In this document: one piece after another, positions 11,901-20,364 of the stretch
Numbering within the stretch: the stretch's first letter is position 1
Layout of the letters: the number at the start of each line of letters is the position of its first letter
Virus record (IMG/VR): IMGVR_UViG_3300027708_003081
Length of the DNA stretch: 64,000 nt
Direction: 5' to 3' (one strand)
DNA from: a virus
Taxonomy: Duplodnaviria; Heunggongvirae; Uroviricota; Caudoviricetes
Made by a program: the position numbers and the translations under genes
The notes under the pieces: generated by a model
What the model was told of the DNA's origin: nothing
Seen by the model: the letters and a program-made list of their open reading frames with translations, nothing else
Databases searched by the model: none

Positions 11901-12564
11901 AGGAAGTCCATCGATATCTGGTTGGACAACAACAAGTCTGCAGAATACTGCATCAATGTTTGCAACTGCTAGTAACTTTAACCAACCGATTGGTTATTGG
12001 AATATGTCAGGAGTTACAAGTATGAGTAGTATGTTCTCAAACGCAGTTAAATTTAATAATAGTGGTGATACATCAATATCTGCTTGGACAATTAATAGTG
12101 GCGTTACAAATATGGGTTCTATGTTTAGCGGAGCCGCATTATTTAACCAGCCAATTGAAAATTGGAATGTTTCTAAAGTACAAATTATGGCGAATATGTT
12201 CCAATTAACATCAGCATTCAATCAACCATTAGCAGGTTGGGATACTTCATCTGTTTCAAATATGAATGCTATGTTCAGTTCGGCAAATGCGTTTAACCAA
12301 CCGATAGGAAATTGGAACGTTTCGGGAGTTACTAATTTTACAGGATTTATGGCAAATAAAACACCATCAACATTCTCGGCAACTAATCTAACAGATATAT
12401 ATACAGGTTGGACATCAGGAGGTAAAACTGTTAAAACAGGACTTACAATAAGTTTTGGTACTGCAAAATACACCGCTGATGGACAAGCCGGTAAAGATTT
12501 GTTAACAGGAGCAACACCAACGGGATATGGATGGACAGGTATAACAGATGGAGGACAAGAATAA
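8911..12564 (+). CDS. giant repeat protein: Cys-rich N-terminal region, PT-rich linkers, C-terminal DUF285-type tandem repeats
   Basis: 1217 aa. [10 protein letters not shown] linker runs. About 17 tandem ~25-aa units of the form FNQ(P/D)IGSWDVS.V.NMS.MF, matching the DUF285 repeat recalled from Mycoplasma/Listeria/chlorovirus proteins. Confidence 0.7.
   Translation: [1217 protein letters not shown]
10279..10400 (+). repeat. tandem 30-nt coding repeat (ACGCCGACACAAACACCAACTAATACTCAA x2 plus degenerate copies) encoding [10 protein letters not shown] linker
   Basis: exact direct duplication read in sequence. Confidence 0.8.
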
Positions 12565-12582
12565 AAATAAAAAAAATAATAT

Positions 12583-14826
12583 ATGGCGACTTTTTCGGCG
12601 GCAACTTGCTTAACTTATACGGGAACAACACCATTAAGTGGAACTTTAAACATCTATTCAAATCTTGATTATGGTACTCCAGTAATGAGTAATGTTGCTT
12701 TGTCGGACATTACAGGTGGTAACTGCCCTTATTATATAGAAGTTGGAATTGGTACCACATCAATTAGAATTGTGGATATTGGTACTCGTTGTGAGGTAGA
12801 TATTCCTGTAGTGTCAAATGATTTATGTGTGAGTTGTAATTTAGATTTTGATATTCCTTTATCAGGAACTGTTGGTGTACTATCAGTTGGAAATTTAACT
12901 GGTAGTTGTGAAAATCCTGTTTCAGATTATTTGTTTAGATGGTATGGACCAAATGATTTAACTACATCGGCTTTCACTAGCGGACCATCCTATAGTTCAT
13001 ATCCACATCAATTTAATCATCCTTTAACAGGAACATCTCAACCACCTGTACTTGCGGGGACATATAAACCTATTTTAGAAAAAATTGTGGTTAGTGGATA
13101 TACTTTTATACCAACAGTACAAAATGGTTCAATTTATGCGAATCTTGATTGTTTTGGAACAGTAACTGTTAGTCCATACACTTGTGATAATGGTGTGGGA
13201 TATAGTTTGGCGTCAGGAGTTAATGGAGTTCAACCGGGTTCCTACGAACATAGATTACAATATCAAACAGATTATCAATCTGTTGCACAACCATTAAGTG
13301 CGACATTTGTTTTATCTTCAACAACTAATTATTTTCCGTTTGCTTTTAAAGGAGAATCAGTTCCGGATACATTAAAAATAACATATTTTGGGGTTAATTA
13401 TCCTCAACCGTATATATTAGAATATATAACTGTTGGTAGTGATTTAAGTGCCAGTAACTTAAATTTGAATGTTATGCCAAAGTCTGCAGATACTTCTACT
13501 TACCATAGAAGAGTTTTATGTTTTACTGGTTTTACAAATAAACAAGACGGTGATTTATTAACAATAACGGTTGAACCATTTTCGGGTAACACAAACTGGG
13601 ATTTATATTTTAGTTGTCTTGAAACCTTTAATTGTGAGCCTTTATTCAATCAATTTAAAAATAGTTCGTATATGATAAGTGGTTCGACAATTTCTGCCGG
13701 CACCGCTACCGATGGACTTGCAACAAGTGTGTTATTAACATTAAGCGGAGCAACATTTAGAACTAATGTACCTGGTTCAGTTGGATATTCTGATTTTTGT
13801 AAATACACTAATGTTGGTAATCTAGGTGAGTATTTAATAACTGATGCAAATGGATTTAGAAGTAGAACATTTAGTGATATGTTTTTTCCGGGAACTTATG
13901 TAAGAAGTTGCACTCCTGCGATATATCCATCAGACCCTGCACCAGCATCTGGATATACTTGTACACAAACTCTTGGAAATTATATTAGATTTCGTAAATA
14001 TAGAATATTAGGTATTGGACAAATTGATATTGAATTTGAAGATATAAATGATTTAAATGTATATTATAATAGTTATTTAAAAATTATGCAATATAGTGGA
14101 ACTCCATTTAATTCTTTAGACCCAGATTATTATCGATACTTTGCGTTAAATATCCCAACCGCAACTAGAAATCAAAAATGTGGGGATGGATTTTCAAACT
14201 CGCAGTTTAGAATACATACGTCTAGTGTTGTGACAACAGGGACAACTACTACAGGATATACTATGAGTTTGACGATGCCGACAATTACAAATGATTTAGG
14301 TGCTTATGATGGATACAATTGCAACCTTTGGTTTAATGGTATTGTTTCTCAAGTTAATAGTTATTCAACAAATGCTAGTATATTTGATTATACTACATTA
14401 AACGGTATAAAATATAACCAACCATTTATACAAATGTTAGCAGTAAATTCAACAGGAACACCACCTGGAGGAGGTGTTACCGCATCAACGATATATAGTG
14501 AATTTAGTTGTGTTCCATATTGTTTAGAGACATATGCATATACATCGACAACTGCAAGTTCATTACTAACAACATATTCTGCGGTTACTTGTGACAATTA
14601 TAATAGATATTATGGAGTTACTACTGGTAGAATTTATCCTTACGTATTACAAGCCAGATTAACAAATTCTGCCGACACTAACGATTTTCAAATATGGGCA
14701 TCACCAATAAATAATTATGTGTATTCAGGATTTCCCGCATCATACTTGAGTGCAAATTTTGAATTGGCGTATGATTATTCAGGAGGAAATGTTGTTTATA
14801 GTAGTTCAACATATATAATAGGATAA
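12583..14826 (+). CDS. hypothetical structural protein (747 aa)
   Basis: ORF track; ATG verified. Confidence 0.55.
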   Translation: MATFSAATCLTYTGTTPLSGTLNIYSNLDYGTPVMSNVALSDITGGNCPYYIEVGIGTTSIRIVDIGTRCEVDIPVVSNDLCVSCNLDFDIPLSGTVGVLSVGNLTGSCENPVSDYLFRWYGPNDLTTSAFTSGPSYSSYPHQFNHPLTGTSQPPVLAGTYKPILEKIVVSGYTFIPTVQNGSIYANLDCFGTVTVSPYTCDNGVGYSLASGVNGVQPGSYEHRLQYQTDYQSVAQPLSATFVLSSTTNYFPFAFKGESVPDTLKITYFGVNYPQPYILEYITVGSDLSASNLNLNVMPKSADTSTYHRRVLCFTGFTNKQDGDLLTITVEPFSGNTNWDLYFSCLETFNCEPLFNQFKNSSYMISGSTISAGTATDGLATSVLLTLSGATFRTNVPGSVGYSDFCKYTNVGNLGEYLITDANGFRSRTFSDMFFPGTYVRSCTPAIYPSDPAPASGYTCTQTLGNYIRFRKYRILGIGQIDIEFEDINDLNVYYNSYLKIMQYSGTPFNSLDPDYYRYFALNIPTATRNQKCGDGFSNSQFRIHTSSVVTTGTTTTGYTMSLTMPTITNDLGAYDGYNCNLWFNGIVSQVNSYSTNASIFDYTTLNGIKYNQPFIQMLAVNSTGTPPGGGVTASTIYSEFSCVPYCLETYAYTSTTASSLLTTYSAVTCDNYNRYYGVTTGRIYPYVLQARLTNSADTNDFQIWASPINNYVYSGFPASYLSANFELAYDYSGGNVVYSSSTYIIG

Positions 14827-14830
14827 AAAA

Positions 14831-15625
14831 ATGAATAAAGTTTATATATATCAAAGTTGTTCGCCCGTTGCATCTTATGCAACTTACAACACGCAAATCA
14901 TACAGACAAGTAAATTGGACTTCACTAATTTACCGAACACTTTTTTTAAAGATAGTTCAGGTAATTGTTGGAACTATTTGGGTGAAAGTAATGATTCATA
15001 TATTCCACCAATTAATGTTTTATCATTAAGTTATAGTGGAAACTATTTTACAAATGTTGTAGATATTGTATATCCAACTTGTGATGATTGTATTTTAACT
15101 ACGGTTAGTGCTTGTACAACAGTTGTATTTAGCGCTCTTACTTGTGATAGCGGAGATACTGTTTATGTAAAGGTTTGTAATGTTGGACCAACATCAGGAA
15201 TATTAAAATTAATGCCGACAATTCAACAAGTTGTTGGAGTTAATAACCCTGATGGAGATGACTTTTGTGTAACATTAAAATCTATTGTAACAACACCAAT
15301 AGATACAGAATATGAGATTAATACACCTGCGTGGAATGATTATACTTGTACGACTTGTCCTTTATATAAAAAATATATTGTAGATGCTTGTGACGGTTCT
15401 ATATCAGGATTAACTGTTTATAGTCCATCAACATCATCAACTTTAGATATATCATCAGTTGTTAATATTGATATTGATAATATTTGTTATACTATAATAT
15501 CATACGAAGGAATTGTTTCGGAGTATAATTATATAGAAGGAATTACGGCGACAATAACACAAAGTTTTGATACTTGTGATAATTGTCTTTTAAATTATTA
15601 TAATACAAATAACCAATTTATTTAA
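14831..15625 (+). CDS. hypothetical Cys-rich protein
   Basis: ORF track 264 aa; ATG verified; many CDDC/CDNC pairs. Confidence 0.5.
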   Translation: MNKVYIYQSCSPVASYATYNTQIIQTSKLDFTNLPNTFFKDSSGNCWNYLGESNDSYIPPINVLSLSYSGNYFTNVVDIVYPTCDDCILTTVSACTTVVFSALTCDSGDTVYVKVCNVGPTSGILKLMPTIQQVVGVNNPDGDDFCVTLKSIVTTPIDTEYEINTPAWNDYTCTTCPLYKKYIVDACDGSISGLTVYSPSTSSTLDISSVVNIDIDNICYTIISYEGIVSEYNYIEGITATITQSFDTCDNCLLNYYNTNNQFI

Positions 15626-15626
15626 T

Positions 15627-15848
15627 ATGGGAATTGAGGTTCAAATAAATGAAATAACAGGACAAACACCATTTGATGTTTATATATGCCAAAGTGGAGG
15701 AACAAGTTGTTTTTATATTACAAGAATAACGGAACCTCCTTATACATTTACAATACCATATCCATATGATGTATCAACAGCTTATATGTTAAAAATAATT
15801 GATGCAAATAATAGCATAATCTCGGGAGAAACAGTAGTATCAGAATGA
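15627..15848 (+). CDS. small conserved-domain protein (paralog family)
   Basis: 73 aa; similar to 8411..8638 and to the N-terminus of the next gene; ATGA overlap with next gene. Confidence 0.45.
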   Translation: MGIEVQINEITGQTPFDVYICQSGGTSCFYITRITEPPYTFTIPYPYDVSTAYMLKIIDANNSIISGETVVSE

Positions 15849-16492
15849 GTCAAAGTGTAACCATATCAACCGTAACGGCTAATACGCCCGTAGACATATA
15901 TTATTGTGATGCGATGAGCGCAAATTGTGTTTATGTATCAACAGAATCATCTTTTCCATATTCATTTGAGGTTCCATCACCATATTCTGATACAAACTTT
16001 GTACTTAAAATAGTGGATTCTCAATTATGTGAAATAGGAGAAAATGTTAACATAACACCTATGCCAACACAGACACCAACCCAAACTCAAACCCCAACTA
16101 ATACTCAAACTCCAACAGAAACGCCTACCAATACACCAACACCCACACAAACTCCAACTAATACAGAAACTCCAACACAAACTCCAACCACAACTCAAAC
16201 ACCAACTACAACACCTGTTATTGCAAGTCATTTAATTGGCAGGTCAGTTTATTCATCAAGTGGTTTTACTTGTAATGATGAATTAAGTTTAAACTACCTT
16301 TATACTTATATAAGTGATTCCAACACAGTTCCTGTGATTGGTATCTTTGTTTATCAAACATACATAAATGGGGTGTTATATACACCATATAATGGAAACA
16401 ATAGATATATAAAAATGAAATTTGGTAATGATTTTTACATAGTTCAAATAGATAGGTTTGGACGAATAAATAGTTTTGAAATTTGTCCATAA
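15845..16492 (+). CDS. hypothetical protein: paralogous N-domain + PT linker + C-terminal domain
   Basis: 215 aa; PT linker [24 protein letters not shown]. Confidence 0.5.
   Translation: [215 protein letters not shown]
16060..16220 (+). repeat. PT-linker coding repeat related to 10204..10640
   Basis: CAAACNCCAAC-type reiterations encoding TPTQTPTNT. Confidence 0.6.
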
Positions 16493-16493
16493 T

Positions 16494-18947
16494 ATGGTTA
16501 GTTGTATTAATTTATCTTTATCCTCAGGGCAAACGGCATATATCGCGGTAAATGCGGTTGCAAGTAGTTATTCTGTTACATCATTTGTTCAAAATGGAAT
16601 AATATATGTTGGTTCGGGATGTTCAGGACCTACGGTACCTGATGGATATTATTATAATGGTACTAATTGGGCTTTAGTTACTGGTGGTTCAGGTGTTATT
16701 TCTTTAATAGGAGTACCAACGTTTACTAATTATAGGTTTATTGAATGTGGTGGCTCAAATGAATTTATTTTATCGGCGTCAACAGACACATTAATATTAG
16801 GTAAAACATATTTAATTGAAACTTATGATACAAGATATGGATTTACACAAAGATGTGTAACCGTTATTGAAAATACTTTATCATACGCCGCACCATTTCT
16901 ACAATCAAAACCCACACAACTAACTGCGAATTGCGATGATTGTAATTCTAGAGTGAGTTGTACAGTTGGATATTCTCAAACAGGGCAATATGTTTATTAT
17001 TATGATTGTTGCGGAAATTACACGGCATATACTTATAACAATACTGTTGGAACCTTTAATTTTAATCCATCCTTAAGTCATTCATCAAATATTGTTACAA
17101 TACCGACAGCAGGATTCAATCCTTGTGTTACACCATCACCAACTGCAACAAACACTCCAACACCAAGTTTTACTCCAACACAAACAGTTACACCAACTTA
17201 TACATCAACACCGACATCAACACCTTCTTTTACACCGGCACCACCACCAATACCTGTTTATGTTTATGATAATAATTGTAGTGTTATTGTTAGTATTCCT
17301 ATGACGATACAGTGTCAGGTAACAAATACAACAACTCAAACGACAAATAATGGTTCAGTATCAATTATTGTTAATGGGGGAACAAGTCCTTACTCATATT
17401 ATTGGAATACAGGTGCAAGGACAAGTACTATTAACAATTTATTACCTGGTAGTTATACCTGTACGGTTATTGACTATTATGGCGATTATACGGCGACAAC
17501 AACTTGTTCAATAGTTGCACCAACACTTAATTGTAATCTTAATGGTGCAGCAAGTCAAATATTTGAAACTCCAACTCCGACACCAACTATGACTCCAACA
17601 ACCACAACCACAACTACACCGACTCCAACTCCAACATTAACTCCTACAAATGTATTGGAAAAAATGAAATTAGGGGCTATTGGATTAACCACGGTTAGTA
17701 TGGTTTTATCATCAACTACATATGGTTATTTGGTTACTTGGTCGGGAGCGACATCAACATATTATTCTCCTGGTGCAGAACGAACGGCGTCGTATACATA
17801 TTCATCACCATATACAGGAGATATTTTTGTGGAATCTTTGGACTTATCAACGATTGGAAAATTTTTCGCGGCTACGGTTACTACAGGTTCGATGACATTA
17901 ACCACAACTGAATTTAAAAAACTAGATGGATTAATTAATACCACTTTAAATAGTAATATTTTGTTAAGTGGAATTGTATCAGAATTACCAATAAATTTAA
18001 CTTATTTATTCACATCAAATAATAGATTATCAGGCTCAACATATGATTTACCTATTGATTTGACAAGTACAACGATTACTTATAATAACAAAATTTCAGG
18101 AAGTACTTATGGTTTGCCAAGAAACTTAACAATTTTGGATATTGAAGGTAGTAATACAATTTCAGGTGATGTTGCGGGATTACCAACAGGAATAACAAAC
18201 GCGTTTATTACTGGTAACAATACTATCACCGGAAATATTTCGGGATTACCAAGAGTGGCAATCGCATATAGTATACAAGGAAACAATACAATTTATGGAA
18301 ATACTTCAGATTTACCTCCAGTATTGACATTCTGTTCGATGTATGGAAATAATCAAATAAGTGGAGATACATTTGGATTACCAAGAAGTATAACTAAACT
18401 TTATGTTTATGGAAATAATACAATAAGTGGAGACACATACGGATTACCAAACGGGTTAATAGATTTTGAATTAACGGGAGATAATAAAGTTGGTGGTGAT
18501 GTTGCTGGATTACCAAGAACAATAAAAAATATGTATTTATTTGGTAGTGGGGTAACAATTAATGAAATTCCTTATGGTGATGTTGGTGATTTACCACCAA
18601 ATATTGAAAGTTTTTATATTGGTAGTCGTAATGTAATATCAGGAGATGCTGCAAATATACCACAAAGTGCGTATAATATTTCTATAGAAGGTAATAACAC
18701 AATAAACACTTATACTTATCCTCATCAGTGGGCTACCACCAAAATGACACAACTCAAGATTGCTGGGTCAGTTACGAATAATGCTCTATTTGTAGATAAT
18801 ATTTTAATAGATTTAACAGGGTCAACTTGGAATAACCCTGACACTAATATAAAGAAAATAACCTTGAAAGGTATTTCTAGTTCAACAGCAACCGCAGCGG
18901 TTGCACAGTTAATAAGTAGTGGTATTACAATAACAATAACACCATAA
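16494..18947 (+). CDS. hypothetical structural protein with PT linkers, one SprB-like repeat and C-terminal ~22-aa LRR/beta-helix-like repeats
   Basis: Track start 16476 is TTG inside the previous gene; the ATG at 16494 follows the previous stop. Contains [15 protein letters not shown]...[14 protein letters not shown] and a reiterated [13 protein letters not shown] unit. Confidence 0.6.
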   Translation: [817 protein letters not shown]

Positions 18948-18958
18948 AAAAAATAATT

Positions 18959-20338
18959 ATGTCAGTAAATTATAGAGTTAGTTTAACAACGGGAGATAAT
19001 ACGGCAACATATGATATTAGTTATTTAGACCAATCATCTCAAGCAACAGTTGCGACTTTTGTTAATGGCGGTGCACCCACACTTAATGTACCTTACTCAC
19101 AATTATTTAGTGGTGTGGATATTGTTGTATCAAACAACGCAGTAAATATTCTAATAAAAAGTAATGGAGATTGTAAAAATCAAACAATAATACCAATAAC
19201 ACCCCAATTACCAACACCGACACCACCAAATTTGTGTATGACTTTTATTTTGGAAAAAAAGACATTTAATTTTGCATTCACACCAAATGGAACCGAAAAT
19301 GGTAAAACAAAATGGGAATATTTTGATGGAACAACAACATATAAAATTTCTTGGAATCCAAGAGTTTCAAACACAGGTTCAGGTAGTGGTAGATGGGAAA
19401 TGACTTATAGAGTTGGATTAGTTTTTACCACATTAAATGTTTCTGATATACCAGATAGCGGATGGTATGCAACAGGAAATAATGCCGCATTAATTTTAAA
19501 TCTACAGGTAATACAAGGGAGTTGTCCTACTGTATCACGATTAGACGCGGAATTAATTACTACAAATACAACTTGTAAAAATACAACACCTTGTAATGGT
19601 AGTATTGCAGTTTATCCTACAGGAGGTTCAGGAATATATTCATATTCAATCGATGGAATTAATTACCAACCATCAAACATTTTTAATGGGTTATGTGAAA
19701 ATAATTACCTTGTTAATGTTCAAGATAGTCTTGGTAGTATACTTCAACTTAATGCAACTATTGGTTATGATGGAGTACCGAAAGTATATACGGGTTCAAT
19801 TTCTATCACATCCCAAAGAGTTTTGGTTGATACTTATAATCCTCAAAGGAAAAGAATTATTCTTACTGATTGGGAATTAACCTTTGATAACCCAATTGAT
19901 GTTGGTACATACATAAACTTTGTATTATCCTTTAGTGATGTTCAATTAGTTAATGGGCCCGGAGAAGGAATAGTTTCTGGTCAAACATTAGTTTATTTAA
20001 ATAGTACTTTACAAACACCATCAGTAAGCAGAACCTCAACTTATACAGTACCAAGACCGAATTGCGGAAGTGAAAATATTACAGGTACTACAATAAACGA
20101 GAATTATGTTATTTCTATGACAAACGCAGATAGAGTAACCGGAACATCAATATCTGAAATGACTATAACAGTACCTGATGCTAATGCTTCAGGATGTGCG
20201 ACAACACTAGACCAAACAATAGATGTTTTTGCGTCATCTAATTTACAAAATCCAATAACGGGTTGTCAGTGTTGTAATGTTAATTTTGGTAAAAATAACG
20301 AATCATTTATTATCGTTAAAGATGAAATTCAAATATAA
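18959..20338 (+). CDS. hypothetical structural protein
   Basis: 459 aa; contains CNGSIAVYPTGGSGIYSYSIDG (SprB-like unit). Confidence 0.55.
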   Translation: MSVNYRVSLTTGDNTATYDISYLDQSSQATVATFVNGGAPTLNVPYSQLFSGVDIVVSNNAVNILIKSNGDCKNQTIIPITPQLPTPTPPNLCMTFILEKKTFNFAFTPNGTENGKTKWEYFDGTTTYKISWNPRVSNTGSGSGRWEMTYRVGLVFTTLNVSDIPDSGWYATGNNAALILNLQVIQGSCPTVSRLDAELITTNTTCKNTTPCNGSIAVYPTGGSGIYSYSIDGINYQPSNIFNGLCENNYLVNVQDSLGSILQLNATIGYDGVPKVYTGSISITSQRVLVDTYNPQRKRIILTDWELTFDNPIDVGTYINFVLSFSDVQLVNGPGEGIVSGQTLVYLNSTLQTPSVSRTSTYTVPRPNCGSENITGTTINENYVISMTNADRVTGTSISEMTITVPDANASGCATTLDQTIDVFASSNLQNPITGCQCCNVNFGKNNESFIIVKDEIQI

Positions 20339-20364
20339 AAAAATAAAAAAGATATTTATAAAAG

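Noticed and set aside
16025-16231. Cys/Trp-rich 68-aa minus ORF
   Set aside because: Exactly antisense to the PT-linker coding repeat; the low-complexity CW-rich product is an artefact of the repeat.
17092-17304. His/Gln-rich 70-aa ORF
   Set aside because: Alternate frame of the PT-linker repeat in 16494..18947.
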